Assembly (NCBI GenBank): GCA_028717885.1
Contig: JAQUMX010000004.1
Coordinates: 2,145 to 66,144 of the forward strand
DNA from: Candidatus Omnitrophota bacterium
Lineage (GTDB): Bacteria > Omnitrophota > Gorgyraeia > Gygaellales > Profunditerraquicolaceae
Direction: 5' to 3'
DNA: 64,000 nt
In this document: piece after piece, positions 51,384 to 60,497 of the stretch
Layout: the number at the start of each line of letters is the position of its first letter
How positions within the stretch are numbered: the first letter of the stretch is position 1
Notes under the pieces: generated by a model
Told to the model about the DNA's origin: nothing
Seen by the model: only the letters and a program-made list of their open reading frames with translations
Database searches by the model: none
Position numbers and translations under genes: made by a program

Positions 51384-52680
51384 TTGTCCTATCCTTCAAA
51401 AAAACACATTTATAAGTAACAGCCATCACGATAGTAAAGAGCAGCGCATTTGCCGGAATTTGTAGATTAAAATCAAAAAAACTGTGTGCCAAGATCGAAA
51501 TTATAGAGCAAATTCCACCCAAGGCAATACCTTTAAAAAATGGATGGTGGCGGGAAAACCAAGCCGGAAAAATATCCTTAAAAAATAAACAAAGGAATAA
51601 AAAAGCTATTCCCACCCCTAAGAATCCGGTCTCCGAAACTAACTGTAAAACATCGCTATGGGCCTGCGAAAAAACGGCTTGGCTGGCAATGGTCTTATAC
51701 ATCGGATAAATATTATGAAAGGTGCCTAAGCCGGACCCAAATACTGGAAAATCAGAGATTATTTTTAACGTATCTTTCCAGATAAACCAGCGCGTTTCCG
51801 CAGTAATCGATTCGGACCTGGCCATACTCAGCATTCTTTCCCAAAACGGCCCAGCCCCGGCAAAAAACAAAAACATCAAAGCAAAGATAAATAAACTAAA
51901 GACCAATATTGACCTTTTCTGGATCGTTTTACGTAATTGCAATAAATAGAACATTGTGGCCAAGGCAATTAAAAAACTAAAAAAACCCGCGCGGGAAAGG
52001 GATAAAAATATCCCCAAGGTCATAATTATCGCCATAAAAGAAAAAACGATCCTTTTTTGCCTATCCATATCGGTCAGCAATAATCCTATCCCTAAGAACA
52101 AGACCATTTCCAGGTAACCGGCATAATGGTTACGGTTAATAAAAGGATAGGCAAAATTTCTTGCTATTCCGATGATAGCGACCAAAAACCCGAGAGAAAC
52201 AATAAAAATTACCAGGCGCTTTATTTGTTTTTTCGATTCCAGGTTATTGACTAAAACAAAAAAAACCGATATATAACTTAACAGTTCCAAAAGTTTTAAG
52301 ACGGTTGCATTCCTGTAAGCCGTAATACAGTATTGTACCCTGGAGATAACTTCCGATGGCACGAAGTTGCTATAAATATAGAGATGTTTAGGGGATAAAG
52401 CCCCCAGAAGGTGCTTTGGCAAAGATACCAGCTGAAAAATAACCAAACAGATAAAAAGGATAACTGGCAGCCAGAAAGATGCCTTTACGATGCATAGCTC
52501 TTCGCAGAATAAAGACTTTAGCAACCAAACAAAAAGGATAACGAAACTTAAGGATTCCAAGAATGTTACAGATGAGATTTCTACGCTACCGAAGGCAAAG
52601 GGTGCAAAAATCAACAAAGAATATACCAATCCTTCGATTATATAAGCGCAGATATTTTCTCCAGATAATTGCATACACAA
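51352..52680 (-). CDS. O-antigen ligase family (Wzy_C) membrane protein
   Basis: 442 aa, polytopic, with the LSLSRAGFFSFLIAL motif. Confidence 0.75.
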   Translation of the reverse strand: MCMQLSGENICAYIIEGLVYSLLIFAPFAFGSVEISSVTFLESLSFVILFVWLLKSLFCEELCIVKASFWLPVILFICLVIFQLVSLPKHLLGALSPKHLYIYSNFVPSEVISRVQYCITAYRNATVLKLLELLSYISVFFVLVNNLESKKQIKRLVIFIVSLGFLVAIIGIARNFAYPFINRNHYAGYLEMVLFLGIGLLLTDMDRQKRIVFSFMAIIMTLGIFLSLSRAGFFSFLIALATMFYLLQLRKTIQKRSILVFSLFIFALMFLFFAGAGPFWERMLSMARSESITAETRWFIWKDTLKIISDFPVFGSGLGTFHNIYPMYKTIASQAVFSQAHSDVLQLVSETGFLGVGIAFLFLCLFFKDIFPAWFSRHHPFFKGIALGGICSIISILAHSFFDFNLQIPANALLFTIVMAVTYKCVFLKDRTNEINQANSNI

Positions 52681-52691
52681 TAAAAAACTTT

Positions 52692-54506
52692 TTACCCTTC
52701 TTTATTGCCCTCGTTCCTATAATAATAATGATAATAATAGTATGAATCTTTTTTCTTTACCTCAACGTCATTTAAGATTACCCCTAAAATTTTCGCTTTG
52801 GCTTCAAGTAACCGTTGTTTGCCATGCAAGACGTGGTCCAGGTTTATCCTGCCGGCGCGGATGATCTCAACAACGCCTTCGCACATATTTGCCAGGATCG
52901 AAGCATCTGCCACTGTCATTACCGGAGGCGCGTCCACAATAATCCGGTCGAATTTTATCTTTAAGCCTTCAAATAATTCTTTTGTCTTTACGGAAGTTAA
53001 AAGTTCCGCCGGGTTAGGCGGTGTCGGCCCGGAAGGTATCAAGTACAGGTTGGGTATGGGCGTTTTTTTGATTACCCTCTCTAACGTTGCCGTCCCCGTA
53101 AGATAGCTGCTTAAGCCCTCTTTATTATCCAAATCAAAGGATTTTGCTATGCGGTGTTTACGCATATCCCCTTCCACAATCACTACCTGCTCATTCTTTT
53201 GCGCAAAAACAATCGCCAAATTTATCGAATTTGTGGTTTTACCCTCTTCGGGGAAAGTGCTGGTAACCAGGATGACTTTTAGCGGCCGGTCTTCCGGCGA
53301 AGAAAAGATTATAGAAGTACGGATACTGCGGAATGCTTCTGCAATAGTAGTAGCCTGCTGCGAATAGCAGATCAGGTCTGCGCTCCTATCCGAAGACACC
53401 TCCTTCTTAAAAGAAGGCACATAACCCAAAAAAGGAAGCTTTACATAGAGCTCGACATCTTCTGAGGTCTTGATTGTGGAATCGATGTATTCAAGCAGTA
53501 TTGCGATACAAAAACCTCCCAAAAGCCCTAAAATAGCCGCTGAGATTATATTGCGCGGCTTATTAGGCCCCAGAGGCTGCTTAGGAACTTCCGCGGGATC
53601 AACAATCCTGATATTAGAAGTCTGTAATTCCTCCGAAACACTGGTTTCTTTTGCGCGTTTAAGCAGGGATTCATAAAGCTCTTTATTCGATTCCACTTCA
53701 CGCTTTAGGATATTGTATTCTCCCATTTTCTGATTTAAACTGAGTAAACGGTTAGTTTCAATATTAATTTTATCTTTTATTGATTTTAACTCGGAATAAA
53801 GCCCGATCATTTTCGGGTGTCTTTCTTTATAACGCTTAGACGATTCTTGTATCTCCGTCTCAACCCTGGCCTGGTCTTTTTTCAATGTTTCTAAGAGGCT
53901 CTCGCTTTGCTCCTGCATTGTAGGGATTGAAACGATTTTATTTTCCTGGATATAGCTGTTTAGCTTACCTTCCGCGTTCTCCAGTTTCTTCTTGATACCC
54001 ACCAACTGTTCTTCGAGCCAGCCTACGGCCTGGCGCGAAGTAGACGATTTATTTTCTAAGTCCTGCTGGATATAAAGGCGGGCAAAGGTATTCACGATCT
54101 TCGCGGCTTTCACCGGATCGTAACTATTAAAGCTCACATTCACTAAACGGCTTTCTTTTACTGGCTCAACAAAAAGTTTCCTTATGAAAGCACTGACAAT
54201 ATCGCCTGCTTTCTGGAATTCTTCATCCTGGCCTAATCTTAACTCATCAACTGTTTTTTTTACGAGCGTGCGGCTGGTAAGGATTTTGTACTGCGTCTGA
54301 TAATATTCTTTATCAGCGATACCTGATTGGTAAACCTCTTCTATGGAAACTATTTTTGGCGGGGTCCTTTCTATCAGGATACTGGTGGTAGCCCGGTAGA
54401 TCGGGATCATACGCATGGTAAAAACAGTAACCGTTCCTACCAGCACAAAAAAGAACGCAAAGATAACCCAAAACCTTTTCTGGATTATCTTCAGATAATC
54501 CTGCAT
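52692..54506 (-). CDS. wzc: Polysaccharide co-polymerase / BY-tyrosine autokinase (Wzc-like). The track ORF extends to 54539
   Basis: Wzz-type periplasmic coiled-coil domain between 2 TM segments. Walker A FPEEGKTT. C-terminal Tyr cluster DSYYYYHYYYRNEG. Confidence 0.85.
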   Translation of the reverse strand: MQDYLKIIQKRFWVIFAFFFVLVGTVTVFTMRMIPIYRATTSILIERTPPKIVSIEEVYQSGIADKEYYQTQYKILTSRTLVKKTVDELRLGQDEEFQKAGDIVSAFIRKLFVEPVKESRLVNVSFNSYDPVKAAKIVNTFARLYIQQDLENKSSTSRQAVGWLEEQLVGIKKKLENAEGKLNSYIQENKIVSIPTMQEQSESLLETLKKDQARVETEIQESSKRYKERHPKMIGLYSELKSIKDKINIETNRLLSLNQKMGEYNILKREVESNKELYESLLKRAKETSVSEELQTSNIRIVDPAEVPKQPLGPNKPRNIISAAILGLLGGFCIAILLEYIDSTIKTSEDVELYVKLPFLGYVPSFKKEVSSDRSADLICYSQQATTIAEAFRSIRTSIIFSSPEDRPLKVILVTSTFPEEGKTTNSINLAIVFAQKNEQVVIVEGDMRKHRIAKSFDLDNKEGLSSYLTGTATLERVIKKTPIPNLYLIPSGPTPPNPAELLTSVKTKELFEGLKIKFDRIIVDAPPVMTVADASILANMCEGVVEIIRAGRINLDHVLHGKQRLLEAKAKILGVILNDVEVKKKDSYYYYHYYYRNEGNKEG

Positions 54507-54550
54507 TGTTACTTCACGGACCTGAGCAGACGGCAACATGCGCTAATGCC

Positions 54551-55036
54551 CTAAAGGGCTTTTGGGACCAAAGAAATTATTTTCAGGATTTCTTTCTTGT
54601 CTTTAGCTTTCTTCAACAGTTCAACCGTATATTTATCTTTGACCAGCCGGGAAATCTCTGCGAGAATTTTCAAATGCGCGCCCACTTCTTTTTCCGGGGA
54701 TGCCAGCACGAAAAACAAATATGTCCTCTCCCCGTCCAGCGCGCCGAAATCTATTCCTTCTTGCTTACGTCCAAACGCAAGGATAAAACTTTTCGTGGCG
54801 TCCGACTTGGCATGCGGGATAGCTACTCCGCTGCCAATCCCCGTTGAACCAAGCGCTTCTCTTTTCATCAGTGCGGCCAAAAACATCTTCTTGTTTTTGA
54901 GCTTTTTTGACCGGCCGATCAAATCCACTAACTCAACAAGAATTTCTTTCTTGGTTTTTCCCTGCAGGCCCAACTCAATAAACTTTTCTTTCAAAACCTC
55001 GGACAACCTTATTTCAGTGTTTTTTTCTAGAGCCAT
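54551..55036 (-). CDS. ptsN: PTS EIIA(Ntr)-type regulatory protein
   Basis: 161 aa. GIGSGVAIPHAK phospho-His motif. Confidence 0.75.
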   Translation of the reverse strand: MALEKNTEIRLSEVLKEKFIELGLQGKTKKEILVELVDLIGRSKKLKNKKMFLAALMKREALGSTGIGSGVAIPHAKSDATKSFILAFGRKQEGIDFGALDGERTYLFFVLASPEKEVGAHLKILAEISRLVKDKYTVELLKKAKDKKEILKIISLVPKAL

Positions 55037-55142
55037 TTCTTTTTAGCCTTTTTGTGTTTACTTATTATACCACAAAAACTTACAATACAAGAAATTTTCT
55101 TAATAATCTTTCAGGGCTTAACTTTTCAAAATTTAATTTTGC

Positions 55143-55775
55143 TTAAAAAAGGTAGGAAATTCCGCAAATCCCGTAATTGGTATTGATACCGGAATTCGGG
55201 CTATCTATTCCGGCATTGGAAAGGTGGCGCCAACGGAATTCCGCGGTAAGGGCGATGTTCTTCTTAAAAAAATAATGCATGCCGATACCCGCGTATTCAT
55301 TGAAGTTGAATTGCGTACCCTGCTCTCTCGTATGCTGTGTAATATAAACTACGCCAACCCCACCTTTGAAATAAGGCTGGACCTTGGAAGATTCGGGAAG
55401 AAAACCAATCTTGATCAGGAAGTTATTTCCGATTTCTGCATTATTATCCGGCTCCGAAACATAGCTTGCAAAAGGCTCAATTATACCCTGGATCATAATG
55501 GAGGGGTTAATCCCGATCTTTTTGGTGAGCGGTTTAAGGTCAAAATCGAGGTCTATCAGGAAAGGAGTAACATGATAAGAGCCTTTTTCACGGATTCTTG
55601 CAACGCCAAAACCCGTAAGGAACTCTATCCCCTTAAGGGAGTGCGGTTTCTCTTGCGCCGGTTCTACTGCAGCCGTTTCTTTTGTTGTTTCTGTAATTGC
55701 TTCTTCTGCCTGACAGGTACCAGCAAAAATGATTACAATTGCGCAAAGAATAAAAAATCTCTTAAAGTCAATCAT
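55143..55775 (-). CDS. Acyloxyacyl hydrolase / lipid A deacylase (PagL-like) outer-membrane protein
   Basis: 210 aa. Signal peptide, a small beta-barrel, and a C-terminal FRWRHLSNAGI...N.GIN motif ending in Phe. Confidence 0.6.
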   Translation of the reverse strand: MIDFKRFFILCAIVIIFAGTCQAEEAITETTKETAAVEPAQEKPHSLKGIEFLTGFGVARIREKGSYHVTPFLIDLDFDLKPLTKKIGINPSIMIQGIIEPFASYVSEPDNNAEIGNNFLIKIGFLPESSKVQPYFKGGVGVVYITQHTREQGTQFNFNEYAGIGMHYFFKKNIALTAEFRWRHLSNAGIDSPNSGINTNYGICGISYLF

Positions 55776-55848
55776 TGTAAGTAATTATATTAGGCTTTTT
55801 TTCTTTGTCAAGATTTAAATTTTTAAAAGCACACCTTAATTTTTGATT

Positions 55849-57882
55849 TTAATCAAAATATTCTTTGATGGTATCCAAGAATTTTTTATTCTCTTCTGAA
55901 GAAGCCTGGCTCCCTGTAAAATCTTCCAAATCAGTATCTGCAAAATCCCCGGATAGATTTTCCGTGGCCAGCAAGGTATCTAAAATGTCCTGGCGGTCCA
56001 GAAAACGGGTCATCCGGGTAAAGACCATTCCTCCTTCATCAAAAACCCCTTTGGGCGAACGGTCCAGGTGCGGCTTTAAAAAATAAAGCTCGTCCTTTGC
56101 CCGGGTAATTGCCACATAAAATAACCTGCGCTCTTCTTCCAGTTCTTCATCGCTTTCTAGCGATAAATACGAAGGGATATGCCCTTCTGCGGCGTAAATA
56201 ATAAAAACCGCTTTCCATTCCAGGCCCTTGGCAGAATGTATAGTAGAAAGTGTCAGCCGCATATCATCCTTATCGCGCTTGCCCGGTTCGATAATGTTCC
56301 TCTCCGGAGGCTCCAGCGCCATATCGGAAAGAAAATCCTCTAACGAATCATAGCGGGAAGCAATCCTTTGCAAAGAATCAAGATCATTGACCCGCTTATG
56401 GAAATCATCGTACTTTTCTTTTAATAACGGCTGGTAATATTCTAGGAATGCATCGATCAATTCGGCAGGAGAAAATTCCTCCCCCCGGGTTTTCTGGAAC
56501 AGTTCGAAAAATTTCTTTAAATCTTCCGATTGCGCTGCGCGCTTATTTTCCAGGTTCAGCCCTTTTTTATTCTTGATAATTTCATTGATCACGATTGCCG
56601 CGGTCTTTGGGCCAATCCCGCGCATCAATAAAAGCTCGCGGTACCAGCTCACCTCATCGAAAAGGTTCTGTTTAATGCGCAAAAATCCTAACACATCTTT
56701 AATGTGCGCTGCTTCCACGAATTTTTGCCCTCCGTATTTTACAAACGGGATATTACGGCTGGCAAGCTCGATTTCCAGGTCATTCGAATGCCAGGAAGAA
56801 CGAAAAAGCACGGCAATGTCGCTTAGCTCTGCGCCTTCCTCCCTTAACTCCAGGATCCTGTCCGCGATATAACGCGACTGTGCATGCTCATCTGGAGCAT
56901 CCACAAAAACCGGCAGGTTCTCGCTGTTCCTTTTGGTAAAAAGCGTTTTTTCGAATTTTTCTTTGGCGGCATAGATAACTTCATTCGCTAAATTCAGGAT
57001 CGGCTGAGTGGAGCGGTAATTTTCTTCCAGGGTAATAACCCTGGCATCTTTAAAAATCTTGGGGAAATCGATGATATTTTTAAAATTTGCCCCCCGGAAA
57101 GAATAAATGCTTTGCGAATCATCGCCTACCACCATGATATTGCCGTGCACGGAAGATAAAAGGCAGGTAATGTGCGCCTGTAATTTATTGGTATCCTGGT
57201 ATTCATCCACCATGATGTATTTATACTTTTTTGCCAGTGACAAACGGATATGCTCGTGTTGTGTAAGCAGGTCCCTTAAAAAAACCAGCAGGTCATCGTA
57301 ATCCAGCAGGGATTTTGCACGCTTAAACTTAACGTATTCATCCCGGATTTTCTTGATCTCTTCTTCCCATTCGATAAACTGCGGGTATTCTTCGTAAAGC
57401 ACTGTTCCCAAATCTTCGGATTTATTGATGCTTTTGGAAATCACCTCGAGGATTGCTTTCTTCCTGGGAAAACGCTTGTCGGTTTTGTTAAAGCCTAATT
57501 GCGTGCGCACCAAATTAACCGTATCCTCCGCATCGCTCTCATCGAGAATAGAGAAATTATTCTTCAGCCCCAGCACTTGCGCATACTTCCTTAAAGTATA
57601 GTTGGCAAAAGAATGGAATGTGCCGCCGCTTACTTTCCGGCAGCGCTCATCCAATAATAATGATGCCCGGCGCAGCATCTCCTCTGCCGCCTTACGGGTA
57701 AAAGTGAGCAATAAAATCTCTTCCGGAGCCACACCCTTTTCTACTAAGTGCGCTACCCGAAAAACCAAAGTGCGGGTTTTGCCGCTGCCTGCTCCGGCAA
57801 TTACCAAATACGCCCCTTCGCTGGATTGTACAGCCTCCAATTGAGCAGGGTTCAATTCTTTTTTATAATCGATTTTTTGCAT
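55849..57882 (-). CDS. UvrD/PcrA/Rep-family ATP-dependent DNA helicase
   Basis: 677 aa. AGAGSGKT Walker A, VDEYQDTN, and other SF1 motifs. Confidence 0.9.
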   Translation of the reverse strand: MQKIDYKKELNPAQLEAVQSSEGAYLVIAGAGSGKTRTLVFRVAHLVEKGVAPEEILLLTFTRKAAEEMLRRASLLLDERCRKVSGGTFHSFANYTLRKYAQVLGLKNNFSILDESDAEDTVNLVRTQLGFNKTDKRFPRKKAILEVISKSINKSEDLGTVLYEEYPQFIEWEEEIKKIRDEYVKFKRAKSLLDYDDLLVFLRDLLTQHEHIRLSLAKKYKYIMVDEYQDTNKLQAHITCLLSSVHGNIMVVGDDSQSIYSFRGANFKNIIDFPKIFKDARVITLEENYRSTQPILNLANEVIYAAKEKFEKTLFTKRNSENLPVFVDAPDEHAQSRYIADRILELREEGAELSDIAVLFRSSWHSNDLEIELASRNIPFVKYGGQKFVEAAHIKDVLGFLRIKQNLFDEVSWYRELLLMRGIGPKTAAIVINEIIKNKKGLNLENKRAAQSEDLKKFFELFQKTRGEEFSPAELIDAFLEYYQPLLKEKYDDFHKRVNDLDSLQRIASRYDSLEDFLSDMALEPPERNIIEPGKRDKDDMRLTLSTIHSAKGLEWKAVFIIYAAEGHIPSYLSLESDEELEEERRLFYVAITRAKDELYFLKPHLDRSPKGVFDEGGMVFTRMTRFLDRQDILDTLLATENLSGDFADTDLEDFTGSQASSEENKKFLDTIKEYFD

Positions 57883-57889
57883 AGGAAGG

Positions 57890-59293
57890 TTATTTCTCTT
57901 CTTCTAAAATCTTAACGAAGACATCCACGATACGCGGGTTAAACTGCGTGCCTTTACTGCGCTTCAATTCTTCGATTGCCTGTTCTTTGCTGAGTGCCGG
58001 GCGGTAAGCGCGCACCGAGGTCATCGCGTCATAAGAATCGATGATCGAAAGGATTTGCGCAAAAAGATGGATATTGTTACCGCTGAGCTTATCGGGATAG
58101 CCGGTGCCGTCAAAACGCTCATGATGGCCCCTGACTATCGCCAACATCTCCGGGTTAATCATAATCGGCCGTAAAATGTCCTCTCCGATCACCGGGTGCT
58201 TCTTTATCAACTCCCACTCTTCCGGGGTAAGTTTTTCTTTTTTATTCAAGACATTTTCCTGGATGCCTAATTTACCGATATCATGCAACACCGCGGTTTC
58301 ATGCAGCAATTCCATTTTTTCCGGGGAGAGCCCCCATCTCTGGCCGATTTTCAGCGCATACTCCGCAACCCGCTCAGAATGGCCCCGCGTATAAGAATCC
58401 TTGGCTTCGATAATCCTGATCAACGACTGGATTACCCGGTAAACGTAATTCTGCATCCGCCTTCTGGCCTTATAAAGTGAACGCGCCATGCGGTTAAAAT
58501 TCCTGCCTAATTCGCTGATCTCATCATTACCCGCAACCTCTACCTGGTAATTCAAATTTCCCGAGGCAATACTGCGCGTACCGGCAACGATTTTTTCGAT
58601 CGGCTTGGTGATCCTTCTGGAAAATACGACCCCTAAGAGCACAGAAAGGATAATCCCGATAATCAATACAAAAAGTGCGCGCCTTAAAATTTCATTCTGC
58701 GCCTTATAAACATCGGTAGCTGCGATATCCGCGCCTAAGATCGCAATGGTTTTACCATCATTATCAACTATCGGCGCATAACCGGAAAGCGTAGCCCCCC
58801 ACTGGTCGACTTCCAGCTTTGTATCGGAAGACGGGCCCTCGAAACCGCTAAGCATTTCCGGAAAACGCGTAGCATCGTACCTATCTCCCGGCAAAGCGCT
58901 TAATTTGTCTTTTCCGCGGCCGATGATCAAAGGGTCAGCATCAACCACAAACTGCAAAACCCCATCCTGGCTGGTTTTTGCCAAAGTATAGATAAAACGG
59001 ATCTGGCGGTTTGCTTTTTTGATTCGCCGCAACCTCTCTAACACAATCTTGTAGGCATCGCTAGCAGCTCCTTCATGGTTCAAAGGCACGCGGGCGAGCA
59101 CATCGCCGTCTACCAATAACGCGGCAGTGCGCGCGACAATCTTGATTTTATCCCTTAATTGGTTGAACTGGGAATCCAGGGAAACTTTATAAATCAGGAA
59201 ATTGCTCATGCCGCCGACAAAGAGCATCGATGCCACCAGCGCCAGAGTTACTTTAAACTGAAAACTCTCGAAGTATGACCTGATTTTTGTCAT
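57890..59293 (-). CDS. Membrane sensor with a periplasmic Cache-like domain, HAMP and an HD-GYP c-di-GMP phosphodiesterase domain
   Basis: 467 aa. HDIGK and HHERFDGTGYP motifs, with a HAMP segment after the second TM helix. Confidence 0.85.
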   Translation of the reverse strand: MTKIRSYFESFQFKVTLALVASMLFVGGMSNFLIYKVSLDSQFNQLRDKIKIVARTAALLVDGDVLARVPLNHEGAASDAYKIVLERLRRIKKANRQIRFIYTLAKTSQDGVLQFVVDADPLIIGRGKDKLSALPGDRYDATRFPEMLSGFEGPSSDTKLEVDQWGATLSGYAPIVDNDGKTIAILGADIAATDVYKAQNEILRRALFVLIIGIILSVLLGVVFSRRITKPIEKIVAGTRSIASGNLNYQVEVAGNDEISELGRNFNRMARSLYKARRRMQNYVYRVIQSLIRIIEAKDSYTRGHSERVAEYALKIGQRWGLSPEKMELLHETAVLHDIGKLGIQENVLNKKEKLTPEEWELIKKHPVIGEDILRPIMINPEMLAIVRGHHERFDGTGYPDKLSGNNIHLFAQILSIIDSYDAMTSVRAYRPALSKEQAIEELKRSKGTQFNPRIVDVFVKILEEEK

Positions 59294-59349
59294 GAATATT
59301 ATTTTAGCGGGGAATCAGCAAATTGGCAACAGATTTATCAATAAAATAA

Positions 59350-60477
59350 TTACCCTAAGGTTTTGCGGAAACGCAGGGCGCTAAAATTAATTACAATCAA
59401 ACCGATAACAAATAACGGCAGAAGTTGGTCCCAAAGGATATCCAGCCCAACCCCCTTCAAGAAAATATTCCTGATAATCACCATAAAATAACGCAATGGG
59501 TTAAAAAATGTAGCCCATTGGATTAGCTGCGGCATATTGCCTATAGGATAAGCAAACCCGGAAAGCAGCACTGTCGGCATATAATAAAGGAATACCGACA
59601 TCATCGCTTCCTGTTGTGTGGCGGAAATCGTGGAGATGAACAAACCGATGCCTAAAGTAGTAAATAAATATATGCCGGTACAAAATAAGAGCAATAAAAT
59701 ATTCCCCCGTAAAGGTATATGGAACCATAATATCCCTAAAGCCGTAATCAGGATGATTTGCACCAAAGCGATTACCGCAAAAGGAAGCAATTTTCCCACA
59801 ATCAGCTCAATCGGGCTTATAGGACTGACAATCAGCTGCTCCATGGTGCCGATTTCTTTTTCTTTTACGATTGCCATCGCGGTAAGTAAAAGCGACATCA
59901 TCGTCACGATAGTAGCGATAACCCCCGGCAGATAATAATTGCGGGTAATCAGGTTAACGTTAAACCAGGCGCGGTCCCGCAGGTCAACGCTGGGTACACC
60001 GCGCGGCAACCCATGCTCCATCGCCCTTCGCATTAATATATCATACGTATAAGTACTGACGATAGTATTGGCATAACCCATAACAATCATCGCGGTATTG
60101 GAATCCGAACCATCATAAGCTAATTGTATTTCCGCGTCTTTTCCTGCATTAAGGTCCCTTCCGAAGCCGCGGTCAATATGAATCACTACCGTAACCAGCG
60201 CTTTGTTCAATAACTCATTCTGCTCGTTTTCGGAAAAGATATAGTGCTCGGGAATGAAGTATTTCGAATAAGTAAACCTGCGCAAAAGTTCGCGGCTCTC
60301 CAGGGTATTGTCTCGGTCAAGGATTGCTGTTGGAACATAAGTGATATCCCTGTTCGCGGCATAGCCAAAAAGAATAATCTGAAAAAGAGGCGTGACAAAA
60401 ATTACCATTTTCATCCTGGGGTCGCGGAAAATCTGTTTAAATTCTTTTACCAGGATTGCCAGTGCGCGCTCAAACAC
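59350..60477 (-). CDS. ABC-2 family permease (YbhS/YbhR-like)
   Basis: 375 aa. N-terminal TM helix, a large periplasmic loop, and 5 C-terminal TM segments. Confidence 0.8.
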   Translation of the reverse strand: MFERALAILVKEFKQIFRDPRMKMVIFVTPLFQIILFGYAANRDITYVPTAILDRDNTLESRELLRRFTYSKYFIPEHYIFSENEQNELLNKALVTVVIHIDRGFGRDLNAGKDAEIQLAYDGSDSNTAMIVMGYANTIVSTYTYDILMRRAMEHGLPRGVPSVDLRDRAWFNVNLITRNYYLPGVIATIVTMMSLLLTAMAIVKEKEIGTMEQLIVSPISPIELIVGKLLPFAVIALVQIILITALGILWFHIPLRGNILLLLFCTGIYLFTTLGIGLFISTISATQQEAMMSVFLYYMPTVLLSGFAYPIGNMPQLIQWATFFNPLRYFMVIIRNIFLKGVGLDILWDQLLPLFVIGLIVINFSALRFRKTLG

Positions 60478-60497
60478 GTTTTTCCCCTTTTTTTTAA

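Noticed and set aside
55849-57882. The UvrD-like helicase as part of a defence or mobile module
   Set aside because: It is a full-length SF1 helicase with housekeeping motifs. Its neighbours are unrelated envelope and signalling genes, with no nuclease or partner genes nearby.
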